Positions 1 through 9,635 of a DNA stretch of 64,000 bases are shown piece after piece. The stretch covers positions 136,438 through 200,437 of the forward strand of contig NZ_CAJXWX010000003.1 of NCBI RefSeq assembly GCF_913062585.1. The letters are read 5' to 3'. This DNA comes from an uncultured Sphingomonas sp. (lineage in GTDB: Bacteria > Pseudomonadota > Alphaproteobacteria > Sphingomonadales > Sphingomonadaceae). The position numbers and the translations under genes were made by a program. Below the pieces are notes generated by a model. That model was not told the DNA's origin. It was given only the letters and a program-made list of their open reading frames with translations, and made no database searches. How positions within the stretch are numbered: the stretch's first letter is position 1; the number at the start of each line of letters is the position of its first letter.

Positions 1-58
1 GAACGGAGGGCGGGGATTGGGGCGACCGGAGCGGTAAGTCCTCCGGGCTCCCTCACCT

Positions 59-86
59 CCGTTCAGGCTGAGCGCAGTCGAAGCCC
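59..86. repeat. 28-bp REP-like unit (partner cut at window start)
   Basis: CCGTTCAGGCTGAGCGCAGTCGAAGCCC; GAACGGAG at 1-8 is the end of the inverted partner. Confidence 0.75.
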
Positions 87-110
87 ACGCCCCGCCGCTT
101 GCTCCGCGAA

Positions 111-794
111 CTACCCCAGCGCCTTCAGAAACCGCACCGCCGCATCGAACTCGCGCCTTTTGCCCTCGCGCGCTTCGACCGCGAGATAATCCTCGCCCCA
201 TAGCTCGGCCTGGAAATCCTCGTCGACATGCGCGGCGGTCCATACGGCATCGGCGTCCGCTGCGCCCTCCAGCAGCGCCAACGCCAGCACCAGCGAGCCG
301 GTGATCGTCACCACCGGCGAAAGCGCCGCGAGACGAAACGGGTCGAGCGCCTCGACTGCCTGGGCCAGCCGCGCGACCGTCGCGTCGGGCGGAGGCCGGT
401 GCATGATGCCCGTCACCAGCGTGAAGTGGATGTCGTACCGATCACGCGCCCAGTCGAGCAGCGGGTTCCAGACCCTGTCCTGCCGCTCGATCAGTTCCGG
501 CGGCGAGTCGGTGCGGTAACAGAGCAGGTCGCTCTCGGCATAACGCGCCAGCCCCTCGGCAAAGGGGGCCGCATCGGCCGCGATCCGGTCGATCGCCGCA
601 TTGGCCAGCCCGGTCAGCGGCATGGCGCGCGGGTCGATCGTCTCCGCGACGCTGCGCCATTCGTCCGCCACCGCCTCGGCCAGTGCGGTCGTGGGCAGCG
701 CCAGCGGCACGCGGCCGGGCGTCCGCACCGGCCTGTCGTCCAGCCGCACGACGCGATCGGCATCGACGGTCACCTCGGTCCAGAAGCGCTTCAT
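111..794 (-). CDS. ATP12 family chaperone protein
   Basis: From MKRFWTEV: RTP..LALP, MPLTGLANAAID, DLLCYR, DEDFQ..WGED motifs of ATP12; ATGA overlap with upstream gene. Confidence 0.85.
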   Translation of the reverse strand: MKRFWTEVTVDADRVVRLDDRPVRTPGRVPLALPTTALAEAVADEWRSVAETIDPRAMPLTGLANAAIDRIAADAAPFAEGLARYAESDLLCYRTDSPPELIERQDRVWNPLLDWARDRYDIHFTLVTGIMHRPPPDATVARLAQAVEALDPFRLAALSPVVTITGSLVLALALLEGAADADAVWTAAHVDEDFQAELWGEDYLAVEAREGKRREFDAAVRFLKALG

Positions 795-1006
795 TCGCCA
801 CCGCTCCGCCAACGAAGCGCCAGCCCGGCGGGGACGATCGCGATCATGCCCAGCGCCGAGAAGACGATGGCGACGCCCAATGCCTTTTCCGGCCAAGCCA
901 CCCCGCGCGACGCCAGCATTACGCCGAACAGCGCCCCCGCCACGCCGATCAGGCGGACGGCCATGATGATGAACCAGCGCCGCCGGGCCAGGGTATCGCG
1001 GCTCAT
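791..1006 (-). CDS. small membrane protein, 71 aa
   Basis: Two hydrophobic segments; 4-nt overlaps with both neighbours. Confidence 0.7.
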   Translation of the reverse strand: MSRDTLARRRWFIIMAVRLIGVAGALFGVMLASRGVAWPEKALGVAIVFSALGMIAIVPAGLALRWRSGGE

Positions 1007-1668
1007 CGCCGCACCAGCAGCGCGGGCAGGTCCGCCACCTCTTGCGCGACGACGTCCGCGCCCGCGTTCACCAGTTCGTGCACGTCATGATATCCCCAGG
1101 CGACACCGATCGCGAAGGCGCCCGCCGCCCTGCCCATCGCCATGTCGAAGCTCGTATCGCCGATCATCGCGACATCCTCGGCCGCCACGCCCGTTTCCGC
1201 CATGGCGGCGAGCACCATGGACGGATCGGGCTTGGAAGGATGCCGGTCGGCCGTCTGCAGCGTGACGAAATGATGCGTCAGGCCATGTTCGGCGAGCACC
1301 CGCGCCAATCCGCGATCCGACTTGCCCGTGGCCACGCCCATCAGCCAGCCCTGCCCCGCCAGATGGTCGAGCAGCGCCGGAATGCCGTCGAACAAAGGCT
1401 CGGGCTCCATCGCGCCCTCGGTACGCAGGCGGAAGAAGGCGGCCTTATAGTCGCTTGCCAGTCGGTGATGCACCGCCTCCGGCAGATCGGGCGCCAGCAC
1501 GCGCATCGCCTCGACCAGGCTCAGCCCCACGATCCGGCGAATCGCGGTGGCGGGCGGCGGGACCAGGTCGGACAGCTGAAAGGCTTCGACCGCTGCGAGG
1601 TAGATATTGGCCTGGCTGTCGACCAGGGTGCCGTCGCAATCGAACAGGGCAAGGCGCGGGCGCGTCAT
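1003..1668 (-). CDS. HAD-IA family hydrolase (phosphoglycolate phosphatase-like)
   Basis: FDCDGTLVD motif I, ATGK, KPDP, IGDT..D. Confidence 0.9.
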   Translation of the reverse strand: MTRPRLALFDCDGTLVDSQANIYLAAVEAFQLSDLVPPPATAIRRIVGLSLVEAMRVLAPDLPEAVHHRLASDYKAAFFRLRTEGAMEPEPLFDGIPALLDHLAGQGWLMGVATGKSDRGLARVLAEHGLTHHFVTLQTADRHPSKPDPSMVLAAMAETGVAAEDVAMIGDTSFDMAMGRAAGAFAIGVAWGYHDVHELVNAGADVVAQEVADLPALLVRR

Positions 1669-1834
1669 CGCCCCCTCCTATCGGCAAGCCCTGCGCGGGG
1701 GAAGCATGACGTTTTGCATGAACATTGGCTAACAACCGCATTCAGCATCCGAACAGCGCGAATCGGGCAAAAGGTCTTCAACGACGACGGGAATCACCCC
1801 GCCGCCGCCGGTTTGAAGATCAAGGGAGATCGTG

Positions 1835-2230
1835 ATGTTCAAGAAGCTTTCGCTCGCTGCCGCCGCCCTTGCCGTCGGCGCCACGGCCATGGTTCCGACC
1901 GCTGCTTCGGCGCAGCGTTATTACGACCGCTATGACCGCGCCTATGGCGACGCCTATTCCGACGGTTACAACCGTGGCCCGCGTTACGATCGCGGCTATC
2001 GGGGCGACCGTGGCTATTATGACCAGCGCGGCTATGCCTATCGCGGTCCGCAGCGCTGCAACAGCGGCACCACGGGCACCATTGTCGGCGCGATCGCCGG
2101 TGGTCTGCTGGGCCGCACGATCGACACCCGGGGCGACCGCACCCTCGGCACGATCCTGGGCGGCGGCGCCGGTGCGCTGGCCGGTAACGCGATCGAAAAG
2201 TCGAACAACCCCGGCTATTGCCGTCGCTAA
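1835..2230 (+). CDS. glycine zipper 2TM domain secreted protein
   Basis: Signal peptide, Y/R/D-rich repeats, GTIVGAIAGGLLGRTID..GTILGGGAGALAG; GGGAG RBS upstream. Confidence 0.85.
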   Translation: MFKKLSLAAAALAVGATAMVPTAASAQRYYDRYDRAYGDAYSDGYNRGPRYDRGYRGDRGYYDQRGYAYRGPQRCNSGTTGTIVGAIAGGLLGRTIDTRGDRTLGTILGGGAGALAGNAIEKSNNPGYCRR

Positions 2231-2268
2231 CGGGATGGGGGCGCGACGTCCCCCTCCCCCAAATCCGG

Positions 2269-2302
2269 AAGCCCCGTCGACTTATGGTCGGCGGGGCTTT
2301 CT
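2269..2302 (+). terminator. intrinsic terminator
   Basis: AAGCCCCGTCGA-loop-TCGGCGGGGCTT followed by TCT after the stop codon. Confidence 0.65.
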
Positions 2303-2312
2303 GCGTCATCGC

Positions 2313-2339
2313 CATGTACCTTGCATAACAGGATACATG
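2313..2339. promoter_or_regulatory. candidate PadR operator
   Basis: CATGTACCT-N8-AGGATACATG inverted repeat (one bulge) 16 nt upstream of the padR start. Confidence 0.55.
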
Positions 2340-2355
2340 CCATTACCTAGGCCGC

Positions 2356-2691
2356 ATGGATATCGGAAGCTGGCAATCGCAGTTGCGCAAGGGCGCGGCC
2401 GAACTCGTGTTGCTGTCGGTGCTGTCGCGCGGTGAAGCCTATGGCCTGGAGATCCTCGCGCGCATCCGGGCGGGCGGCGATCTGGTCAGCGAGGGCAGCC
2501 TCTATCCGCTGCTCGCCCGGCTGGAAAAGGCAGGGCGAATCGCCGGCCGTTGGGAGCTGCCGGCCGAGGGCGGCAATCCGCGCAAATATTATCGCCTGAC
2601 GCCCGAAGGCGCGGCGCTGTCCGAGGCGATGCGCGCCGCCTGGATCGAATTCCGCACCACCATCACCACCCTTGTCGAGGATCCGTCATGA
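2356..2691 (+). CDS. PadR family transcriptional regulator
   Basis: QLRKG..EL..L, YGLEI, EGSLYPLLARLE, RKYYRLT..G. Confidence 0.92.
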   Translation: MDIGSWQSQLRKGAAELVLLSVLSRGEAYGLEILARIRAGGDLVSEGSLYPLLARLEKAGRIAGRWELPAEGGNPRKYYRLTPEGAALSEAMRAAWIEFRTTITTLVEDPS

Positions 2692-3257
2692 CCGAGCCTG
2701 CCCGCGTGATCGCCGATTATGTCCGCCGCCTGCGCTGGTCGCTGCAGGCGATTCCCGCTGCGGATCGCGCCGGGCTGGTGCGGGAAATCGAAAGCCATCT
2801 GAACGACAGCCTCGCTGCGGGCGCGGATTCGTTCGATGCGACGATCCGGGCGATGGGTCCGCCCCATGCGCTGGCAGCGCGCTATGTTCAGGAATATCGC
2901 CTGGCCGGCGCGTTGGCCGAGGACCGGCCGGTGGCGCTGATCGGCGCGATGCTGGTCCGGTCGGGGCGCAGCGTCGCGGCGTTCGGTGCGGTGCTGGCGG
3001 CGATGCTGCTCTATCTCTTCGCGCTGTGCCTGGCCGCCGTTGCCATCGCCAAGCCGCTGTTTCCGACGCATGTCGGGCTATGGTCGCCGCCGCAAGGCGG
3101 TGCCTTCGGTATCATGACCGAGCCGCCCGCCGCGCCGGAAATGATGGGGCTATGGATCCTGCCGGTCGCCATTGCCGGAGCGCTGGGGTGTTATGCGCTG
3201 GCGACGCTGGTTCTGCGAGGGACGGGACGACATTTGTTGCGGCATACCGGCCTTTAA
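2688..3257 (+). CDS. HAAS/DUF1700-type membrane protein, PadR partner
   Basis: YVRRL...L....R...REIESHL...MGPPHALA helical N-domain then TM helices; ATGA overlap with padR. Confidence 0.7.
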   Translation: MTEPARVIADYVRRLRWSLQAIPAADRAGLVREIESHLNDSLAAGADSFDATIRAMGPPHALAARYVQEYRLAGALAEDRPVALIGAMLVRSGRSVAAFGAVLAAMLLYLFALCLAAVAIAKPLFPTHVGLWSPPQGGAFGIMTEPPAAPEMMGLWILPVAIAGALGCYALATLVLRGTGRHLLRHTGL

Positions 3258-3391
3258 TTCCTCCCCTGCAAGGGGAGGGGGACCATGCGTAGCATGGTGG
3301 AGGGGTTTAACCGCCGGTGGCACTCCGATCTCAAGCGCTGACACCCCTCCGTCAGGCATTCGGCCTGCCACCTCCCCTGCAAGGGGAGGAA
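3258..3391. repeat. palindromic CCCC/GGGAGGGG-type repeat pair
   Basis: CTCCCCTGCAAGGGGAG twice plus ACCATGCGTAGCATGGT hairpin between convergent genes. Confidence 0.75.
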
Positions 3392-3401
3392 TGGCCTGGT
3401 G

Positions 3402-4496
3402 TTACCGTGCGCCCCGGCCCCGCCGTTCGCCGCGCCGTTCCTTGCGATATTGCTTGGCATGGGCCTTGGCGCGCTGCTTCAGCACGTCCTTGGACGGGGG
3501 GCCGCGATCCTCGTCCTGGGGCAGGACGTCGCCGCGAATCTCGTCGAAGCCCAGCTGGTTCATCGACTCGGCGAAGTGGCTGGGCAGCTCGGCGGTCTGG
3601 TCGATCCGGCCGCCATCGGGATGATCGACCCGGATGCGCCGCGCGTGCAAGTGCATCTTGCGGCTGATCCCCCCGGTCAGGAACGCCGCCGCACCGCCAT
3701 ATTTGCCGTCGCCGACGATCGGATGGCCGATCGCCGCCATATGCACGCGAAGCTGGTGGGTGCGGCCCGTAAAGGGCTGCAACTCGACCCAGCAGCAGCG
3801 ATTGCCCGCCCGCTCGATCACCCGGTAGCGCGAGCGCGCGGCCTGGCCGTTTTCTTCGTCGACATGCATCTTCTCGCCGCCGGTCCCCGGCTGCTTGGCG
3901 ATGGGCAGTTCGACCGTGCCGTCCTCGATCGAGGGGACGCCGACGACCAGCGCCCAGTAGATCTTCTTGGCGGTGCGCCCCGAAAAGGCCTTGGCGAAGA
4001 AGGCCGCCGCCCGCGCATTGCGCGCGACGAGCAGCGCGCCCGAGGTATCCTTGTCGAGCCGGTGGACCAGCTTGGGCCGCCCCTCCGCCTCGAACTGCAA
4101 CGCGTCGAGCAGGCCGTCGACATGGGTGGTCGTCTTGGTCCCGCCCTGCGTCGCCAGCCCCGGCGGCTTGTTGAGGACCAGCGCGTCGCGATCCTTGTGG
4201 ATCACCATCTCGCGCGCAAACGACTCCTCATCCTCGGACAGAATGTGGCGCGGCCGCATCGTCGGCTTGCTGCTTTCGGCCAGCGCGGGCTCGGCGGGCG
4301 GAACGCGCAGCACCTGGCCCGCCGTGATCCGGTCGCCCGGCGTGGCGCGCGAACCGTCGACGCGCAACTGCCCGGTACGCGCCCATTTGGCGACGGTCGT
4401 GAAGCTCGTTTCGGGCAGATGCCGCTTGAACCAGCGGTCCAGACGGATTCCGTCGTCGTCATACCCGACCGTAAATTGGCGGACAGAGTCCGTCAT
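3402..4496 (-). CDS. RluA family pseudouridine synthase
   Basis: S4-like RLDRW N-terminus, VHRLDKDTSG catalytic motif, GRTHQLRVH, HPIVGD. Confidence 0.92.
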   Translation of the reverse strand: MTDSVRQFTVGYDDDGIRLDRWFKRHLPETSFTTVAKWARTGQLRVDGSRATPGDRITAGQVLRVPPAEPALAESSKPTMRPRHILSEDEESFAREMVIHKDRDALVLNKPPGLATQGGTKTTTHVDGLLDALQFEAEGRPKLVHRLDKDTSGALLVARNARAAAFFAKAFSGRTAKKIYWALVVGVPSIEDGTVELPIAKQPGTGGEKMHVDEENGQAARSRYRVIERAGNRCCWVELQPFTGRTHQLRVHMAAIGHPIVGDGKYGGAAAFLTGGISRKMHLHARRIRVDHPDGGRIDQTAELPSHFAESMNQLGFDEIRGDVLPQDEDRGPPSKDVLKQRAKAHAKQYRKERRGERRGRGAR

Positions 4497-4867
4497 GAAA
4501 AAATCCTCGTCATCCAAAGCCCAGCCCATAGCGCGGCCAGCGAGCCCAGCAGCGAGAGGGCGATATAGGCCATGGCCACACCCCCCTGCCCCCGCTCGAT
4601 CAGCGTGATGGTGTCGAGCGAAAAGGACGAGAAGGTCGTATAGCCCCCCAATATCCCGACACCGATGAACAGCCGCCACCCCTCGCCCGCCCCGGTCCGG
4701 GCCAGCACGCCCGCCAGCACGCCCATGGCGAGACAACCGAACCAGTTGACCGCGAGCGTGCCGTAAGGAAAGCCGGGGCCCAGTGCATCGGTCAGCACGC
4801 GCCCCGTCAGATACCGTCCCCCCGAGCCCAGCGCGCCGCCCAGCATCACGAGAAGAAGTGGTGACAT
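4493..4867 (-). CDS. crcB: fluoride efflux channel CrcB/FluC
   Basis: GGALGSGGRY, FPYGTLAVN, GILGGYTTFSSF signature. Confidence 0.92.
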   Translation of the reverse strand: MSPLLLVMLGGALGSGGRYLTGRVLTDALGPGFPYGTLAVNWFGCLAMGVLAGVLARTGAGEGWRLFIGVGILGGYTTFSSFSLDTITLIERGQGGVAMAYIALSLLGSLAALWAGLWMTRIFS

Positions 4868-4991
4868 GATCCTGTCGCCCTTAGCGCAACCGCGCCTTTC
4901 ACGCAAAGGACAAGCATTGGGGGGCGAATCCCATCCTTCCCCGGCCCGATGGGGACGGAATGAAGGCAATCCGGCCCGACGTCGATCCAGC

Positions 4992-5723
4992 CTATCCCCC
5001 CTTCACCACCAGGTCGACATCCGTGCCGCCGTCACGCGGCGTGGCATAGACCATATACGCCGCCTCGCCCCGCGTGCCGCCCAGGACATGCTGCGCGCCG
5101 TCCATCTTGTGTTCGGCGGAATAGCCGGCCCGGCTGGCCTGGGTGTAATAATAGTCGATCACCTTTGCGACCGGCGCCGCGGTACGCAGGCTGACGATGC
5201 GGAAGGCGCAGTTGTTCGCGTCGTTGCCCGCCGCCTCGGCCACCTGCGCACCGGGATAGGGCGCCAGCGCCTGGGGCAGGCGTTGCGCCCAACCGGCCGA
5301 ATAACGCAGCCCCGACAGACAGGCGGCGTTGGCGGCCTGCTGCCCCGCCTTGGCCGCCAATGTATAGGCCCCGGCCGACGCCCGGCATTCCGGGCAATCG
5401 CGCGACGCGGCCGGGGCGGACTTCAGCGTGCGCGGATCGACGGGATCGACGGGCAGCGGCATGGAGGGCACCTGATCGCTCGGCGGCCGGTTGGGCGGGC
5501 GGACAGCATTGGCGTTGGCGCTCTGGGTCAGGCCGGGATCGACCATGATCTGCCCGGCCAGCGCCTCGCGCAGTTGCGGGTCGCGGGTCGGACTGCCGTC
5601 GTTCATCGCGGCGAGTTCGTTGTCGAGCGCATTCAGCTGCGCATCGTCATCCGGCTTGCCGCCGCACCCGGCGATCAGCAAACATGCCAGCGAAATCAGG
5701 GTCGGTCGCATCTTGGCCATCAT
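4992..5723 (-). CDS. hypothetical lipoprotein
   Basis: Lipobox LIAGC after a hydrophobic N-terminus; GC3-biased codons. Confidence 0.7.
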   Translation of the reverse strand: MMAKMRPTLISLACLLIAGCGGKPDDDAQLNALDNELAAMNDGSPTRDPQLREALAGQIMVDPGLTQSANANAVRPPNRPPSDQVPSMPLPVDPVDPRTLKSAPAASRDCPECRASAGAYTLAAKAGQQAANAACLSGLRYSAGWAQRLPQALAPYPGAQVAEAAGNDANNCAFRIVSLRTAAPVAKVIDYYYTQASRAGYSAEHKMDGAQHVLGGTRGEAAYMVYATPRDGGTDVDLVVKGG

Positions 5724-5836
5724 GCCCTCGCCTTAGCACAGGGATGCGACATCTTCCTTAACGGCCGAAACGCCATCACGCGATGCGGCCGCACCGGCGC
5801 TTGTATGGGCGGCGCGGCGACGCCATCTTGATCGCC

Positions 5837-6058
5837 ATGCTGAACCTGTTTTCCATCGTCATCGGCCTGGTCGCGCTGCTGCTCGGCATCGTGCCGTTCC
5901 TGCCCTTTTTCGCCTGGGGCTATTGGTTCGTCATCCCCATCGCGATCGTCGGCGCGGCGGTCGGCGCGCTCTCGTCACGAAACGGCGGGCGCAATCTCAA
6001 CCTGATCCTCATTTTGATCTTCGGCCTGCGCTTGATGCTGGGCGGCGGGTTCATTTAA
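5837..6058 (+). CDS. small membrane protein
   Basis: MLNLFSIVIG..., three hydrophobic stretches, followed by a terminator. Confidence 0.7.
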   Translation: MLNLFSIVIGLVALLLGIVPFLPFFAWGYWFVIPIAIVGAAVGALSSRNGGRNLNLILILIFGLRLMLGGGFI

Positions 6059-6062
6059 AAGG

Positions 6063-6096
6063 AAAAGGCCCGGCGGGTTTCCCCGCCGGGCCCTAT
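6063..6096. terminator. bidirectional intrinsic terminator
   Basis: GGCCCGGCGGG-TTTC-CCCGCCGGGCC hairpin between convergent stops, A-run on the left. Confidence 0.75.
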
Positions 6097-6115
6097 TGCC
6101 GGTCGCTCGGGCGAC

Positions 6116-6679
6116 TTAGCGGCAGCGGACCTGACCGCGGTCGATCTGCTGGCCGAGCAGCGCGCCGCCGCCCGCACCGATCACCGTGCCCAGCAGGCGC
6201 GAACCGCCACCCGCGATCACATTGCCCAGCGCGCCGCCGGCCAGACCGCCGATGACCAGACCGGTGGTGCCGTCATTGCGGCGGCAATAATAGCGGCCGT
6301 TCATGCCGCGATAGATGCGGTCGTTCCGGCCGAGCGCACGGGGCTGATAATAGCGACCGTCGCGATAATAGCGCTCGGGATAATAGCCGCGCTGACCCGG
6401 CTCGAAGCGATTATAGTCGTAGTTGCGCCAGCGAACGTTGCGCATGTCCTTGCGATAATCCTGGCGGGCATCGCGAATGTCCTCGCGATATTCGCGGTGG
6501 GCTTCGCGAACATCGCGGCGCGAGTCGGCCCGACGGACATCGCGGTTATAGTCACGACGGGCATCACGAACCTCGTCGCGATATTCCTGGCGCGCTTCCC
6601 AGCCATTGCGCTGAGCCTCGGCAGGAATGGCGGTAAAAGCGGTGGCGGCGATCGTCGCCGACAAGAGAGCGATACGCAT
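6116..6679 (-). CDS. glycine zipper 2TM domain secreted protein
   Basis: Signal peptide, R/D/Y repeats, YYCRRNDGTTGLVIGGLAGGALG...GAGGGALLG. Confidence 0.85.
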   Translation of the reverse strand: MRIALLSATIAATAFTAIPAEAQRNGWEARQEYRDEVRDARRDYNRDVRRADSRRDVREAHREYREDIRDARQDYRKDMRNVRWRNYDYNRFEPGQRGYYPERYYRDGRYYQPRALGRNDRIYRGMNGRYYCRRNDGTTGLVIGGLAGGALGNVIAGGGSRLLGTVIGAGGGALLGQQIDRGQVRCR

Positions 6680-6853
6680 TACTAAACTCCCGTTGAAGAT
6701 GGATATGAGAACCCGAGACCTCGCGGGATGTTGCGTGAACCCAAAACTACCTGCCATTCACTTCACAGACAGGCGCATGCGTTTGATTTTCTAAATAGAA
6801 AGGGCGCCACCCGGAGGTGACGCCCCTGTTTCCCGACGTCGCGGAAAAGGCCG

Positions 6854-7162
6854 TTAGCGGCAGCGGCGATTGCTGGTGCCGCGCTCGATCTCGCGACCCG
6901 CCAGCGCACCGACGGCGGCGCCGCCCAGCGTGCCCAGCGTACGGTCGCCGCGCGTGTCGATGGTGCGGCCCAGCAGCGCACCCGCGACGCCGCCGACCAC
7001 CAGGCCGGTGGTGCCGTCCGGCTTGCGGCAGCGGACGCGGCCGCGATCATCGCGCCACTCGCGATACTTGTAGCGACGCTGGGCGTCGGCGGCGGTGGTG
7101 GGGAGGACCAGCGCGGGGACGACCATCGCGGTGCAGCCCAGGGCAAGCATCAATTTCCGCAT
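6854..7162 (-). CDS. glycine zipper 2TM domain secreted protein
   Basis: Signal peptide, CRKPDGTTGLVVGGVAGALLGRTIDTRGDRTLG. Confidence 0.85.
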   Translation of the reverse strand: MRKLMLALGCTAMVVPALVLPTTAADAQRRYKYREWRDDRGRVRCRKPDGTTGLVVGGVAGALLGRTIDTRGDRTLGTLGGAAVGALAGREIERGTSNRRCR

Positions 7163-7299
7163 GACAAACTTCCTTCCTGATGTGTTCTGATGCCGTAACG
7201 TTCCAATTCTACTGTCTGTTGCATGAACGTCAGATAACGTCACGTTCATCGAAATGACGCCCTTTTCGGAAGCGGGGGCGGGCTCTAGGGTCGCCTGCG

Positions 7300-7926
7300 A
7301 TGCTGCCCCAACCGACCGCCATGCTGCCCGCCGTAATGCCCTGGCTCGACCTGGCGGGACTGGCCGTGTTCGCGGTTTCGGGCGCGCTGGCCGCGGCCAA
7401 GCATCGCCAGACCATGGTGACGCTGGTGTTCTTCGCGCTGATTACGGGGGTTGGCGGCGGCACGCTGCGCGACCTGCTGATCGACGCGCCGGTCTTCTGG
7501 GTGCATGATGCGCGGGTGCCCCTGGTCTGCCTGGTCGCGGCGGTGGCGGTCTGGGCGACGCCGGCGCGCTGGTGGCGGGGCAGCGCACTGGACTGGTTCG
7601 ATGCGGTGGGGCTGGCGGCCTATGCTGTGTACGGCGCGGCCAAGGCGAGCGGATATGGCATTCCCCCGATTCCGGCGGCGATGCTGGGGGTGGTGTCGGC
7701 CTGTGTCGGCGGCATCATCCGCGACGTCATCGCGGGCGAGCCTTCGATCCTGATGCGCCCCGAACTGTATGTCACCGCCGCCGCGCTGGCCTCGACCAGC
7801 TATGTGCTGCTGAGCGCGCTTGGCGTGCCGGGGGCCGGGCCGATCGCGGCGCTGGCGGGATTCGCCTTGCGCGGGGCCGCGATCCGGTATCGGCTCGCTT
7901 TGCCTGCCTATCCGGCCAAGGGGTAG
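7300..7926 (+). CDS. trimeric intracellular cation channel (TRIC/UPF0126) family protein
   Basis: Two repeats: FAVSGAL..TGVGGGTLRDLL and DAVGL..SACVGGIIRDVI; start may be 7321. Confidence 0.85.
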   Translation: MLPQPTAMLPAVMPWLDLAGLAVFAVSGALAAAKHRQTMVTLVFFALITGVGGGTLRDLLIDAPVFWVHDARVPLVCLVAAVAVWATPARWWRGSALDWFDAVGLAAYAVYGAAKASGYGIPPIPAAMLGVVSACVGGIIRDVIAGEPSILMRPELYVTAAALASTSYVLLSALGVPGAGPIAALAGFALRGAAIRYRLALPAYPAKG

Positions 7927-7950
7927 GATCGAGCGGTAGCGCCGGGGCGT

Positions 7951-8027
7951 GGCCTTCGATTTCGCTCAGGCTGAACGGAGCGAAGAATCATCCCCGCCTC
8001 CGTTCGGGCTGAGCGAAGTCGAAGCCC
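7951..8027. repeat. inverted pair of 28-bp REP-like units
   Basis: 7951-7978 and 8000-8027. Confidence 0.8.
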
Positions 8028-8038
8028 AAGGGAAACCC

Positions 8039-9442
8039 TCACCGCCCGAGCATCAACTCCGGCCGCACCACCCGGTCGAAGGTCGCCTCATCGACCAGCC
8101 CCAGTTCCAGCCCCGCCTCCTTCAGCGTCTGCCCCTTCTGATGCGCGTGCTTGGCGATCTTGGCGGCGTTGTCATAACCGATCTCGGGCGCGAGCGCGGT
8201 CACGAGCATCAGCGAGCGGTCGAGCAGTTCGGTGATCCGGTCGCGATTGACCGTCATCCCCTCGACGGTGCGCTCCGCGAAGCTCTCCATCCCGACCGAC
8301 AGCAGATGGACCGAGCGTAGGGCGTTCGCGCCGATCAACGGCTTGAAGACGTTCAGTTCCAGATGCCCCTGCAAGCCGCCGACCGTCACGGCGGCATTGT
8401 TACCGATCACCTGCGCGGCGACCATGGTCAGCATCTCGCACTGGGTCGGGTTGACCTTGCCCGGCATGATCGAGCTGCCCGGCTCATTGGCTGGCAGTTC
8501 CAGCTCGCCCAGCCCCGAGCGCGGGCCGGAGCCCAACAAGCGGATGTCGTTGGCGATCTTGGTCAGCGCCACCGCCAGCACGTTCAGCGTGCCGTGCAGG
8601 TCGACCAGCCCGTCATTGCTGGCCAGCGCCTCGAACTTGTTAGGCGCAGTGACGAAGTCCAGGCCCGTCGCCTCGGCGATTTCGGCGGCGATCGACTCGG
8701 CGAAACCGTTCGGCGCGTTCAGCCCGGTGCCGACCGCCGTCCCCCCTTGCGCCAGCGGCAGGATATTGCGGTGAAGCGTCCCCTCGATCCGGTCGCGGGC
8801 ATTGGCCAGCTGCTGCACATAGCCGGAAAATTCCTGGCCCAGCGTCAGCGGGGTCGCGTCCTGCAAATGGGTGCGGCCGATCTTGACGATGTCGTCCCAT
8901 GCCTTCGCCTTGGCATTCAGCGCGGCGTGCAGCCGGTCGAGCGCGGGGAAAAGCTGCTGCGTCACCGCCAGCGCAGCGGCGACATGAAGCGCGGTCGGGA
9001 AGGTGTCGTTGGACGACTGGCCGCGATTGACGTCGTCATTGGGGTGGACCGGCGATTTGCCGCCGCGCGTGCCGGTCAGCATCTCATTGGCGCGGCCCGC
9101 AATCACCTCATTGGCGTTCATGTTGGACTGGGTGCCGGAGCCCGTCTGCCAGATGACCAGCGGGAACTGGTCGTCATGCCGCCCGTCGATCACCTCCTGC
9201 GCCGCCGCCTCGATCGCATCGGCCTTGTCCGCCGACAGCCCGTGCCCGCGATTGATTCGCGCGGCGGCCTTTTTGACGATGGCCAGCGCATGGACGATGC
9301 CGATCGGCATCTGCTCGCGCGCGCCGAAGGGGAAGTTTTCCAGGCTGCGCTCGGTCTGCGCGCCCCAATAGGTGGTGGCGGGGACGTCGATCGGGCCGAT
9401 CGAGTCGGTTTCGGTGCGGGTAGCGGTGGGGGTCTGGGTCAT
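8039..9442 (-). CDS. fumC: class II fumarate hydratase
   Basis: [39 protein letters not shown]. Confidence 0.95.
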   Translation of the reverse strand: MTQTPTATRTETDSIGPIDVPATTYWGAQTERSLENFPFGAREQMPIGIVHALAIVKKAAARINRGHGLSADKADAIEAAAQEVIDGRHDDQFPLVIWQTGSGTQSNMNANEVIAGRANEMLTGTRGGKSPVHPNDDVNRGQSSNDTFPTALHVAAALAVTQQLFPALDRLHAALNAKAKAWDDIVKIGRTHLQDATPLTLGQEFSGYVQQLANARDRIEGTLHRNILPLAQGGTAVGTGLNAPNGFAESIAAEIAEATGLDFVTAPNKFEALASNDGLVDLHGTLNVLAVALTKIANDIRLLGSGPRSGLGELELPANEPGSSIMPGKVNPTQCEMLTMVAAQVIGNNAAVTVGGLQGHLELNVFKPLIGANALRSVHLLSVGMESFAERTVEGMTVNRDRITELLDRSLMLVTALAPEIGYDNAAKIAKHAHQKGQTLKEAGLELGLVDEATFDRVVRPELMLGR

Positions 9443-9490
9443 GGGCTAGGGACTCACCGGGTAGGGAATGGGTTCCCGGTGAATATCAAG

Positions 9491-9603
9491 CCCTCTCCCC
9501 TCCGGGGAGAGGGTTGGGTGAGGGGTTGAGGCTTGGCGAAACAGGCGGACTGCAGGTCCGACCCCAGCCCCTCACCCCGGCCCTCTCCCCGAGGGGGAGA
9601 GGG
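9491..9603. repeat. inverted pair of CCCTCTCCCC-N-GGGGAGAGGG palindromes
   Basis: 9491-9525 and 9568-9603 are near reverse complements. Confidence 0.8.
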
Positions 9604-9635
9604 AGAAGGGACTCGCGCCTCTGCGCGAACCGAAA

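Noticed and set aside
4868-4991. Fluoride riboswitch upstream of crcB
   Set aside because: GGATGGGATTCGCC loosely resembles the 5' part, but the conserved 3' GCTGATG-type segment and pseudoknot partner are not visible
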